Shown one piece after another: positions 28,082 to 37,526 of a DNA stretch of 64,000 nt (the stretch's first letter is position 1; the number at the start of each line of letters is the position of its first letter). This DNA comes from an uncultured Clostridia bacterium (lineage in GTDB: Bacteria; Bacillota; Clostridia; Oscillospirales; Ruminococcaceae). The position numbers were made by a program, and so were the translations under genes. The stretch is taken from NCBI GenBank assembly GCA_947627465.1, contig CANQWD010000001.1, forward strand, positions 16,561-80,560. Reading direction: 5' to 3'. A model generated the notes under the pieces. The model saw only the letters and a program-made list of their open reading frames with translations. It did no database searches and was not told the DNA's origin.

Positions 28082-29176
28082 TCATCGGTCGTCCTCGACG
28101 TAATATGCAAGAATAAGCTCGGTCACTTTATCGTAAGAAAGCTGACCGTCGGGTACGCCCTGGGCTTTGATGAAATTGTCGTTGAAGTCAAGCGAGGTGT
28201 CCATGACCTCGCCTTTATGAGCGTCGATATACTCGTTCATCGCGTGAAAATCCAGCGACATTCCTGGGGTTATGTACTGCTGAATATCGGCGTGCATTTC
28301 CGTGCTGTAATCGTAAAGCGCATTGGAACAGTAAACGAACGCTTCCATATAGCCTGAATAGCGGTACTCGGCGTAAGGGCTGTTTATACAGGACAAAAAC
28401 GCCAGAAAGTTGCACTCGTTTTCAAAGGCTATTCCGCGTGCGTGCGCGCTTTCGTGAGCGGCGGTAAACGGTATCCCGTAATCCGCCTGCGCGGTGTTGA
28501 CGTTGCACTCAACTATAAACGGGCAGTAAACGCCGACTATTCCCGTATACGACCACTGTTCGGACAGCAGAACGGGCTTTTCGCGGCTCACGGTCGTTTT
28601 AAGATACGGATATTCCTTTTCGATGTTCTTATAGCCGTCGCCCGAGCGTTTTAACTCCGTATAAATGCTCTCCGAAAGCTTGAAAGGCTCGTCCTCGGAA
28701 ATGCCCAGTTCTTTTCGGGCTTGCGAAGCGCCCTCGGCAAGTTTTACGCAGGCATTGTACAAGTCCTCGGGAGTTTTTTGCGAGGTGTCCAAATTCATCT
28801 GCCGCTCGATGGGGTAGCGATAGTAATTAACGCCGTGGCAGCTCATATACATAAAGGCGGCTATCGATACCGCGCCGACAACGAATTTTCCCGCGCCCAA
28901 CAGCGTTTTTTTGCGGCGCTCCTTGTGCTTTACGAGCTTTACGATAAGAACAGCGAGAAGCGCTATTATCGCGGGAGCCGCCAAGATGACAAGCCATTCG
29001 GTAAGCGAAAACGGCGCAAAGCTCGTTAAAACGCCCATGGGCACGGTTATTATCTTGAACAACCCGCGTGAGAACGCATATTCCGTAACATCAGGGAAGT
29101 GCGGCAGGATAAAATACATAAGCGCCGCGAGAATAAGCGGGATAAATACCCAAAATCTTTTAAAAAAATTTTTCAT
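28082..29176 (-). CDS. DUF3810-like membrane-anchored putative zinc metallopeptidase
   Basis: Three N-terminal TM segments, GVYCPFIVECNVN, AHESAH (HExxH), ENECNF. Confidence 0.75.
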   Translation of the reverse strand: MKNFFKRFWVFIPLILAALMYFILPHFPDVTEYAFSRGLFKIITVPMGVLTSFAPFSLTEWLVILAAPAIIALLAVLIVKLVKHKERRKKTLLGAGKFVVGAVSIAAFMYMSCHGVNYYRYPIERQMNLDTSQKTPEDLYNACVKLAEGASQARKELGISEDEPFKLSESIYTELKRSGDGYKNIEKEYPYLKTTVSREKPVLLSEQWSYTGIVGVYCPFIVECNVNTAQADYGIPFTAAHESAHARGIAFENECNFLAFLSCINSPYAEYRYSGYMEAFVYCSNALYDYSTEMHADIQQYITPGMSLDFHAMNEYIDAHKGEVMDTSLDFNDNFIKAQGVPDGQLSYDKVTELILAYYVEDDR

Positions 29177-29296
29177 AATTCTATCATTCCATACAAAATA
29201 CACTGTGTTTTTTTGTTAAAACTTACAAATTTTCCCTAACATTTACCATATTCTTTAAATGTGTGATAAAATAGTAAGAGTAAGGAGGCGGAAGTT

Positions 29297-29881
29297 ATGC
29301 GTAAAATCGAAAACAGCAATAACTGGTACAGCGGATATTTGCGTGATATTCAGATAGCCCAGACCGAACTTTCTCTTAATATCGGCTTCGATCCTAAAGA
29401 CGTCCTTTGTGATATCTACTCGCTTCCGTCGAACAATCATCAAACTTTTTTTTGTAAAGTGATTTTGGAAAACGGATTTGCAAAGGTGATCTACGCAAAG
29501 GCTATTCAAAACTCTATATGGTTTTCCGATCCTATTTATATGTATCGTTTTGAGGAAGCGAAAAACTTCGCCGATCACCCGGTGCGGCGCGGTCGGATAT
29601 TCTGCGGTAAGAAGATAATCAAGCAGAGCGCGGCGGATCGTTTGATGAATATGTTGAACGCGCTTGAATCCGAACAGCCGGACGATCTCGTAGATCCATG
29701 TGTTGACGCGGATTTTACGGCGATACGCATTTATGAGAACGGAAAGTGTACGTCGGAAATCCTCTATACAAACGCTGAGAAGCTGCGGTTTAAAGCTGCC
29801 GAAGAACACTCGAGATTTTCGGATTATATGCGCGAGCTTCATCTTTACGTAGAAGCGATAATTGGTATTGGCATTTGCTGA
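29297..29881 (+). CDS. Hypothetical protein
   Basis: 194-aa ORF with a strong AAGGAGG RBS and a downstream hairpin; no family recognised. Confidence 0.65.
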   Translation: MRKIENSNNWYSGYLRDIQIAQTELSLNIGFDPKDVLCDIYSLPSNNHQTFFCKVILENGFAKVIYAKAIQNSIWFSDPIYMYRFEEAKNFADHPVRRGRIFCGKKIIKQSAADRLMNMLNALESEQPDDLVDPCVDADFTAIRIYENGKCTSEILYTNAEKLRFKAAEEHSRFSDYMRELHLYVEAIIGIGIC

Positions 29882-29889
29882 ACCGCCGT

Positions 29890-30552
29890 TTATTCGGCGG
29901 TTTTGTTTTCGGAAAACACGATCTCGGCGATAGCCGAAAGCCTTTCCGCTATGAAGTCCGCGCCGCAGTTCTCCAGTTCCTCACGCGAGCCGAACCCGCA
30001 CAGCACCCCCGCGCAGCGAACTCCGCAGGAATGTGCGCCCTCAACGTCGTAGGAGCGGTCGCCTACCATAAGGACGTTTTCGGGGGCGGCTCCTGTTTTC
30101 TTCAGCGCGAGAGTGATAACATCGGCTTTCGCGCTGATTTTTCCGTCAAAGCTCGCGCCGACTATGTTTTCAAAATAATTCTCATATTTGAATATTTTGA
30201 TTATTTTCTCGGCGTATTCCTGCGGTTTTGAAGTCGCTAGGCAGAGTGAAACACCTCCGCTTCGGAGCGTTTTCAGAAGCTGTTCCGCGCCGTCTATCGG
30301 GTTTTGTTCGTATATGCCCTTTTCGGGGTAGTATTCGCGGTACAGCCGCACCGCTTCGTTTGAGCGTTCGACGCTTAATCCAAATCGCCGCTTGAACTCA
30401 TCGAAGAGCGGCGGACCCACAAAGCTTTTAAGGCTTTCGCGCGGCGGCGCGGGAATGCCGAGCCTTTCCAACGCGTACAGCACTCCGTTTGATATCCCCT
30501 CGAAAGAATTGCTGAGCGTTCCGTCCAAATCGAAAAACACATTTTTTATCAT
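29890..30552 (-). CDS. HAD-family hydrolase (phosphoglycolate-phosphatase-like)
   Basis: FFDLDGTL motif I, ATSK motif II, MVGDRSYD motif IV. Confidence 0.9.
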   Translation of the reverse strand: MIKNVFFDLDGTLSNSFEGISNGVLYALERLGIPAPPRESLKSFVGPPLFDEFKRRFGLSVERSNEAVRLYREYYPEKGIYEQNPIDGAEQLLKTLRSGGVSLCLATSKPQEYAEKIIKIFKYENYFENIVGASFDGKISAKADVITLALKKTGAAPENVLMVGDRSYDVEGAHSCGVRCAGVLCGFGSREELENCGADFIAERLSAIAEIVFSENKTAE

Positions 30553-30845
30553 TATCCGTTTCCTTTTTTACTGATCAGCTTTTATGTGAATTCTCCGTTT
30601 TCGCGTCCTCGTCGAAAACCGCTTAACTCTGTATTTATTATAACTCATTCGCGAAAATTTGTCAACAGCGGGGGATTTTCACATATATTTTACATTTTTT
30701 GCCATTTTCACGGCTTTTTCACCTAAAATTTGAAAAAAGGGGGTTACATTTAAGAAAAAAATGTGCTATAATATATAATGTATGATTATGGACGGACTTT
30801 TTTCGTTTATAATTCATATTTCGTGTAATTCATAACATATTTGGG

Positions 30846-33221
30846 GTGAGTAAAATGAACAACAGACGAAAAATTCGCTACATTAAAATTAAAGAAGAAG
30901 ACGAGCCCAAAAAGGAAACCGCCGCCAAGAAGAAAAGCGGCAAGGTCGGCAAAAACATAAGCAACGCGCTTACCGTCGTCGGAACGACTGTTTCGGCTAT
31001 GCTGTTGATCTTCGTTATAATGATGTGCATTGTCGCGACTGTCATTACGGTTTATATCCTCGATTTCGCCGACAGCGGCTATGACATCAATTTGCGTGAC
31101 GCGGAGACCAAGTTCACAACAATGGTTTACGGCTATGACGAGGAGGGCAAAGAGGTGGAGGTCAAGCGCCTTGCCGCGGAGCAGAACCGTATTTGGGTGG
31201 ACTACGACGACATTTCTCCCAACCTTATCCACGCCGTTATCGCGACGGAGGACAAGCGTTTCTACGAGCATCAGGGCGTTGACTGGCGCAGAACCGTGTT
31301 CTCGCTGGGCGCGGACGTGTTTAACCTTTCAAGAGCGGGCGAGGGCGGCTCGACAATCACTCAGCAGCTTATAAAGAACCTCACGGGCGACGACGAGCGT
31401 TCTTGGGAACGTAAGCTTCGCGAGATATTCCGTGCGCTGTCCCTTGAGAAAAAATACACCAAGACGGATATTATGGAGAGCTACCTCAACAACATAGGCT
31501 GGGGCGGTATGAACTACGGCTGCGGCGCGGCGGCTCAATATTATTTCGGCAAGGACGCGAAAGATCTCGATATTGCCGAGTCCGCAATTTTGGCTTCCAT
31601 GATAAAAAATCCCTCGGTGCGTTCGCCGTATATCGACCTCGCAAACTGCAAGGAACGTCAGGAAGATACGCTCTATTATATGTACGAGCAGGGTTATATC
31701 AACACCGACGAATACGAATCGGCGCTCAACGAGCAGGTAAAGTTTGTTCAGACGGTCTACGGGGACGATTTCGGTTACACCGACCCGCGTTCGCTTGAAA
31801 ACAATGATACCTCGTCTTCCGATGACGATGATGACGACGACGGCGATTCGACTTATGAAGCATACCGTTGGAACGAGTATTCCATTTCGCAGAACTGGTA
31901 CGTAGACGCGGCGATAGATCAGGTTTACGACGACTATGCGGAATTAAAGGGCATTTCGTGGTCTTCCGCGAAGAAAGAGATCTCCAACGGCGGTTATAAG
32001 ATTTATATAAACGAGGATATGGCGCTGCAAAAGCGGTTGGAGGAAATGTTCAACGATCCGTATTTGGCGGTTTACAGCTACGATCAGAATACTCAAAGCG
32101 ATAAACTGCTTCAATCGGCGTTTGTGCTGATGGACTACAACGGAACGATAAAAGCAATTATCGGCGGCTTGGGCGACAAGCCTGGCGACAACTGCTGGAA
32201 CAGAGCTACGATGTCGGTGCGTGCGCCGGGTTCTACTATGAAGCCGATCTCGGCGTATTCTATGGGTATTCAGAACAATCTTATAACCTACTCTTCGATG
32301 ATACCCGACAAGGGCGTTTACCTTGACGGTTCGACGGAAGAATGGCCTCTCGACTTTGAAAAATACAACACAGGTACGCTTATGCCCGCATGGCAAGCCG
32401 TCAGCAAGTCCACGAATACCATTGCGGTGCGCGTGGCTAGGCTGGTTACTTTGCCGGTGCTTTACAGTCAACTGGAAACCAACCTCGAAATTACCACTCT
32501 GGTTCCCGAAAAGGACGAGCAGCTTTCTCCGATACCGCTCGGCGCGCTTACGGACGGCATTAAGCTTTATCAGCTTGCGGGCGCGTATCAGATGTTCGGA
32601 AACGGCGGTATTTTCTACCCGCCGAAAATGTACAGCAAGGTGCTAGACAGCAAAAACAATGTCATTTTGGAACAGGATTTCTATGGCAATCAAGCAATCG
32701 ACAGCGACGCGGCTTGGGTAACCAACCGTATGCTTCGCACGGTCGTTTCCGTTCCGAACGGTTCGGGACGCTACGCCGACCTCGGAAACGTTGAAGTTAT
32801 AGGTAAAACGGGAACATCAAACGATGGTAAGAACCTGCTGTTTGCGGGTCTCACACCGAATTATATCGGCGTGGTTTGGATGGGCGTCGACGACGGTACG
32901 GAAATTGACAAAGCCAATCCAAATCACAAGTATGCCGCCGAGATTTGGCATAATATTATGAGCGATATAGAGGATCTTTCTACGGTTCAGCAATTTGTTG
33001 AGGATTCCTCCGTTGAGAAGCGCAGATACTGTACGGAAACGGGCTTGCTTGCTTCCGAAAAGTGCGAGAACACAGATATCGGTTATTACAGACCAAGCAA
33101 TATTCCGCGGTTCTGTTCGGGAGATCACGAAGCGGAAGTTCAACAGATCTGGGACGAATGGAACGCCATTGACGCGAACGGGGGTACGAAGCCTCAAGAA
33201 AACAGCGACAGCGATGATTAA
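30846..33221 (+). CDS. Class A penicillin-binding protein (PBP1A-like)
   Basis: EDKRFYEH and GSTITQQL transglycosylase motifs; STMK, STN and KTG transpeptidase motifs; N-terminal TM anchor. Confidence 0.93.
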   Translation: MSKMNNRRKIRYIKIKEEDEPKKETAAKKKSGKVGKNISNALTVVGTTVSAMLLIFVIMMCIVATVITVYILDFADSGYDINLRDAETKFTTMVYGYDEEGKEVEVKRLAAEQNRIWVDYDDISPNLIHAVIATEDKRFYEHQGVDWRRTVFSLGADVFNLSRAGEGGSTITQQLIKNLTGDDERSWERKLREIFRALSLEKKYTKTDIMESYLNNIGWGGMNYGCGAAAQYYFGKDAKDLDIAESAILASMIKNPSVRSPYIDLANCKERQEDTLYYMYEQGYINTDEYESALNEQVKFVQTVYGDDFGYTDPRSLENNDTSSSDDDDDDDGDSTYEAYRWNEYSISQNWYVDAAIDQVYDDYAELKGISWSSAKKEISNGGYKIYINEDMALQKRLEEMFNDPYLAVYSYDQNTQSDKLLQSAFVLMDYNGTIKAIIGGLGDKPGDNCWNRATMSVRAPGSTMKPISAYSMGIQNNLITYSSMIPDKGVYLDGSTEEWPLDFEKYNTGTLMPAWQAVSKSTNTIAVRVARLVTLPVLYSQLETNLEITTLVPEKDEQLSPIPLGALTDGIKLYQLAGAYQMFGNGGIFYPPKMYSKVLDSKNNVILEQDFYGNQAIDSDAAWVTNRMLRTVVSVPNGSGRYADLGNVEVIGKTGTSNDGKNLLFAGLTPNYIGVVWMGVDDGTEIDKANPNHKYAAEIWHNIMSDIEDLSTVQQFVEDSSVEKRRYCTETGLLASEKCENTDIGYYRPSNIPRFCSGDHEAEVQQIWDEWNAIDANGGTKPQENSDSDD

Positions 33222-33224
33222 AAA

Positions 33225-33301
33225 ATAAAATTCCCCGTCATTTGGCGGGGAATTTTATTATCAAAAAAAGCGGGGCGTTTAACGCTCCGCTTTTTTTGAT
33301 A
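33225..33301. terminator. Two adjacent terminator hairpins between convergent genes
   Basis: AAAATTCCCCG..CGGGGAATTTT and AAAAAAAGCGG..CCGCTTTTTTT. Confidence 0.8.
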
Positions 33302-33318
33302 CTGATTTTTTTGCCACA

Positions 33319-35532
33319 TCAATATTCTTTTGCCGCGCATTCGGCGGTTCGTTTATGCCATGGCAGGTAGTCGGTGGGGTTTAAGAATTCATCGCCGATG
33401 CTTACGCCAAAGTGACAGTGATATCCGTAAGCCCGTCCCGTCATTCCGACATACGCGATAAGATCGCCCGCCGTGACGCGCTGACCCGCCGATACGGCTA
33501 ATTCGCTGTTGTGATAATAGTAGGTCGTGTAGCCGCTGTCGCCTTGAATGACCACATAGTTGCCGCGGTCGTCGCTGTTGCCCGCGTAAACCGCCGAGGT
33601 AACTACTCCGTTTTCCGTGGCGTAAACGGGCGTTCCGTAAGGCGCAGCGATATCAATGCCGCGGTGTCCGCTGTAACCGCCGTGCCACCATACGGGTTCT
33701 TCGATAACGCCGCCGTCGTAGCCGCCTACGGGCCACAGCATCAGTCCCGCGCCGATAGTCTGTTCGGGGGCGGTGTCGTTCGTGCGTGGCTTGGTGCCGA
33801 CGGAAACGACCTCCGTTACAGCTTCCTTGGTTACGGTTCTGGAAAGGATCCTTCTGCTTACCTCGCTGCCGTTTATGTAAGAAACGTTCGCCACAACTGA
33901 GCGCTCACCGTTTTCGCCCTCGGTTTGTATCTGTTTAATTCCCGCATAGACAGTATCGTCGTCAACATACTCCGTTTCGTAGTCGAAAGTTTCCGTATAG
34001 TGCTGCTCGCGCGTTACCATAACCGTGAGGAACGGCTCGTCCGATGTTGTTTTCAGCTTATGTCCCGTGTAGAACTGATAATTCTCGTCGAAATCGTCGT
34101 TCAGCTTTTCAAGCTCCTCTATCGTCATTCCCGTTTCTTCCAGAACGGATTCCATGCAGTCGCCGTCTTTTATTGTGTAATATGTCGCGACCTTTTTGTT
34201 GCCGGTGAACTGCTCAATTATCTTTTCCTCGTCTACGAAGCTGTCCGCGAGATATGTTCCGCTGATGTAATTTATCGTTTTATCAAGCTGAACGGTCTCT
34301 TTTTCGGCGCCGGTGCTGTATTTCGCGAGAAGCTCTTTTATTGCGCTGTCGAGCCTTGTGTGCGAGGTGAGCGTGCCGTAATAGGCGTTTCCGAGATATA
34401 ACCCGTAGCCTTCCTTAACATCCTTGCCCAGCAGATTCAAGAGTTTGTCGGCTACCTGATATTGGTTCAAAAGCGCGTTGCTGCCGACATTTTCCACCTC
34501 GTATGCGGCGTCAAAACTTATGATCTCGACTTTGCTTCCCGTATAATTTATGCGGTTTTGCACCATTTTTTCGGCTTCGGTAAAAGCGTTGTCGTCGCTT
34601 ATGTAGCCTACGAAATCTCCGTTTACGGTAAGTTTGAGCGCGTAATTTTGGCTGTTCGCGTAGCCGATTATGTTAATGAGGAACACACACGAAACGATCG
34701 GAAGTCCCCAGTTTACGGCAGTCGCGAGTATACCGCGCTTTCCGAAAACGGTGCGTCCCGCTACCTTGAACCAAGCCGCCAAGCCACCCCATTTGCCTTT
34801 TTCCTCGCGAGCCTTTGCAATTTCCGTAGAACCCAGGCTTATCGCTTTTTTGTGACGTATAATGGGGTTTTTGAAAAGTTCGCCAACATTTTTGAAAAAT
34901 CTCACGAACGGTTCCTTGATGTGTGAAAGTCCTCTTAAGAGCGTCGCGGCGAGGTACATCAGGCAAAGTCCGAGATATTTTGTAATGCTCACGAATACTT
35001 TGACCAAATATTCTCCGACCCGCGCGAGAACACGGTATATTTTATTAAGTACGACCGCCGTTTTGCTAAGCCCGATCTTGGTTTTATCAAGTATCACGCC
35101 GAGTATTATGCCAAGCGTCTTTTTGAACTTTATCATTGCTTCGCTTGGTTCTTTCGGCGGTTTTGGAGGTTTAGGCGGTTTTGGCAGGGCAGCTTTTTCA
35201 GCATTTTGTGTTTCGGCGTTTTTGCGAAGCTCCTTGATTTTTTCCCTTTCTTTGATTTTTTCTATAAAAGAAATACACTTATTGTTGTTTTCGATATTGC
35301 TTTCCTTGTTTTCCGATGTTTCCTCGGGCTTGCTTTCCGTTTTTTCGGAGTTTTCCGGTTTTACTTCAACTTTATCGTCTTCCGAGATCGTCTCGGTATT
35401 TTTGGCTTTTTTATCCTTGCGCTTGCGCTCTAAGTCTTTATCGGACTTTGTAAGCTCGGGCGCGTTTGCCGCTGCGGTTACTTTGGAGGTTTCGGTATTC
35501 TGTTCCTTTTCGGTTTCCTGTGTAAGGTTCAT
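33319..35532 (-). CDS. Membrane-anchored M23 peptidase with LysM and G5 domains
   Basis: YTIKDGDC LysM-like segment, G5-like TEYVDD...GENGER, HRGID (HxxxD) and HCH (HxH) zinc motifs. Confidence 0.88.
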   Translation of the reverse strand: MNLTQETEKEQNTETSKVTAAANAPELTKSDKDLERKRKDKKAKNTETISEDDKVEVKPENSEKTESKPEETSENKESNIENNNKCISFIEKIKEREKIKELRKNAETQNAEKAALPKPPKPPKPPKEPSEAMIKFKKTLGIILGVILDKTKIGLSKTAVVLNKIYRVLARVGEYLVKVFVSITKYLGLCLMYLAATLLRGLSHIKEPFVRFFKNVGELFKNPIIRHKKAISLGSTEIAKAREEKGKWGGLAAWFKVAGRTVFGKRGILATAVNWGLPIVSCVFLINIIGYANSQNYALKLTVNGDFVGYISDDNAFTEAEKMVQNRINYTGSKVEIISFDAAYEVENVGSNALLNQYQVADKLLNLLGKDVKEGYGLYLGNAYYGTLTSHTRLDSAIKELLAKYSTGAEKETVQLDKTINYISGTYLADSFVDEEKIIEQFTGNKKVATYYTIKDGDCMESVLEETGMTIEELEKLNDDFDENYQFYTGHKLKTTSDEPFLTVMVTREQHYTETFDYETEYVDDDTVYAGIKQIQTEGENGERSVVANVSYINGSEVSRRILSRTVTKEAVTEVVSVGTKPRTNDTAPEQTIGAGLMLWPVGGYDGGVIEEPVWWHGGYSGHRGIDIAAPYGTPVYATENGVVTSAVYAGNSDDRGNYVVIQGDSGYTTYYYHNSELAVSAGQRVTAGDLIAYVGMTGRAYGYHCHFGVSIGDEFLNPTDYLPWHKRTAECAAKEY

Positions 35533-35620
35533 TTTTACGCTCCTTAAAGTTTTTGTTCCCGATTATGCGAGGCGGTTTTCCGCCTTTTTTTCTGTAAAGG
35601 CATACTATACGCCATAAGTT

Positions 35621-35672
35621 ATTATATCATATTTGTAACTTTTTTGCAAGGATTTTGTAACCTTTTTGTAAC
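35621..35672 (-). promoter_or_regulatory. M23-gene promoter overlapped by phased TGTAAC direct repeats
   Basis: Minus strand TTGCAA (35644-49), 17 bp, TG-N-TATAAT (35621-26); plus-strand TGTAAC at 35634, 35656 and 35667. Confidence 0.65.
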
Positions 35673-35815
35673 TTTTTAGCCGATTTTCGTGAACTTGTCA
35701 CAAATTTCGCGCGAATATGCGGCGTCTTATCGACAGTATTGGGGAATCAAGTACAAAAAACGGACAAGGTTACCCTTGCCCGTTCAAACGATCGTTTTAT
35801 TTTGTTTACCTGTGA

Positions 35816-36079
35816 TTATTCGGCAAATTCGCTTTCAACCAACTTTACCAAACCGTCAACAGCAAGCTGCTCATCGGAACCGTCAGCAATAATACGAATT
35901 TGCGCGCCGCCTACGATACCGAGCGACAAAATTCCCAAGAGCGATTTCGCGTTTACTCGGCGCTCCTCTTTTTCTACCCAAATTGAAGACTTGTATTCGT
36001 TAGCCTTTTGGATAAAGAATGTAGCGGGTCTTGCGTGTAAACCCACCTGGTTTTTTACTTCAATGTCTTTCATGCACAT
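35816..36079 (-). CDS. ptsH: Phosphocarrier protein HPr
   Basis: GLHARPA (His15) and NAKSLLG (Ser46); GGAGG RBS before ATG 36079. Confidence 0.93.
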   Translation of the reverse strand: MCMKDIEVKNQVGLHARPATFFIQKANEYKSSIWVEKEERRVNAKSLLGILSLGIVGGAQIRIIADGSDEQLAVDGLVKLVESEFAE

Positions 36080-36291
36080 AATAACAACCTCCGTACAGTT
36101 CTGTTCAGTTGAGACTTCACCTTGTGAAACGAGTTGCGCCACCTGACTGCGCTCACGCGTCTCACGGTTCTCCCTGTTTTTATCATTTTGCGCCTACAAC
36201 CATGGTTTGAAGAGAAGTCGGTTAAGCCCAAGTTCCCGCCGTTATATCTTAATTTGTATGATCGGCGCTTTTCCCTTCATCTCTTAATTAC

Positions 36292-36320
36292 AGTATAGCC
36301 CAAAATTTCAAATAAGTCAA
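36292..36320 (-). promoter_or_regulatory. Sigma-A promoter of ptsH, giving a leader of about 205 nt
   Basis: Minus strand TTGACT (36315-20), 17 bp, TATACT (36292-97). Confidence 0.7.
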
Positions 36321-36507
36321 TAAAAAATTAAAATTTTTCCTGAAACTCCCCCCAATTTCTGTTTTTTGCCGTATTTTACACGAAACGCGCCCGTATCAAT
36401 TGTTAATCTTGCACAAAAAGTTTTCAACATTCTAATCAACATAAACATCAGTTTTCAACAATTTGTAATTGTAATCGTTTTCGGGAAGCTTTTCGCGGTA
36501 AAGAGCT

Positions 36508-37323
36508 TCAGCGGGTGTGGAATTTTTTTATGCGCCTTGAACGTCCGCGGGCATTGCGTTTTGTGCGGACGGCAATAATGCAGACGCTTATTACGAATAC
36601 GGGGATACTTATAAACTGCGAGGTGGAGAGATTTAGGATATGTCCGCGGTAATCGTCGCCGCGCAAAAATTCCAAGCCGAACCGCCCGACCGAATAGATT
36701 GCGAGATACAGCGGCAAGAGCAGACCGCGCAGCTTTGCGGTGCCGTAGAAGATATACATCAGAACTCCCGCCGTGATCAGATTGAATCCTGCTTCGATAA
36801 GCTGTACGGTCACTCGCGGCACGCCGTTCGCCGAACTTATGAGCGAGTTTTCAAAGGTGACGCCGTGTTCCCACTCGACGCCGTAGCAGCAGCCCGCCAG
36901 AAAGCAGCCGACCCGCGCTATAGCGTGGAACAGCGGAATAGACGGCGCGAGACAATCGCTCACGATGTCGAACCGAAGCCCCTGACACCGCACCGAAAGC
37001 GCCCCCGCCAATATTCCGCAGAGTAGTCCGCCGTAGTATACCGAGCCGCCGAAGATATCCGAGAAAGTCTTTAAAAAGCCGTTAAAGCTTTCGGCGGCGA
37101 AAAGCTCGTCCCAATACGCGATGTTTGTAAGTCCGAACAGCAGATGCATTCCGAAAAAAGCTCCTACCGCCGCCCATAGGATAACAAAGATCATTGAGGA
37201 AGCGTCGCGGGTTATTTTATAATAACGTTTAACCGCAAACGGAAATGCCGTGAATATCCCGATTAGTCCGCATAGTCCGTAGCTTGGCAGAAAAAATTCT
37301 CCTATATTAAATCCGGGAAACAT
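36508..37323 (-). CDS. lgt: Prolipoprotein diacylglyceryl transferase family protein
   Basis: YYGGLLCG, ARVGCFLAGCCYG, GRFGLEFLRGD motifs; multi-TM. Confidence 0.85.
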   Translation of the reverse strand: MFPGFNIGEFFLPSYGLCGLIGIFTAFPFAVKRYYKITRDASSMIFVILWAAVGAFFGMHLLFGLTNIAYWDELFAAESFNGFLKTFSDIFGGSVYYGGLLCGILAGALSVRCQGLRFDIVSDCLAPSIPLFHAIARVGCFLAGCCYGVEWEHGVTFENSLISSANGVPRVTVQLIEAGFNLITAGVLMYIFYGTAKLRGLLLPLYLAIYSVGRFGLEFLRGDDYRGHILNLSTSQFISIPVFVISVCIIAVRTKRNARGRSRRIKKFHTR

Positions 37324-37526
37324 AAAAATTTAATTACTCCTAAAATTTTTAAAAACATTATAGCACATTTTAACAAAAAAGTCAAACGGGTTTGTATAGC
37401 GTTCCGAAATTTGCCAATAATGGAAGCGCACGGATATTGACAGTCTGCCAAAAATGGCGGTAAAGAGCCGTGTTTGACAACACAGCGCGTTAATTAAAAA
37501 AAGCGGAAGATAATAAGGAGTTAAAT

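Noticed and set aside
27073-29881. Anti-phage defence island around the WYL gene
   Set aside because: No nuclease, helicase, toxin or restriction-modification motifs in the neighbouring genes
31821-31847. GAY trinucleotide run in PBP1A as a contingency locus
   Set aside because: Mixed GAT/GAC codons encoding an in-frame poly-Asp linker; it cannot switch the frame
36080-36290. 6S RNA or c-di-GMP-I riboswitch upstream of ptsH
   Set aside because: No long 5'/3' closing stem for 6S; the CAAACC...CGCAAA resemblance lacks the GGCAAA start and a GNRA-capped stem
37440-37526. Sigma-F promoter for spoIIR
   Set aside because: A GGAAGATAAT -10-like box is present but no -35 at convincing spacing
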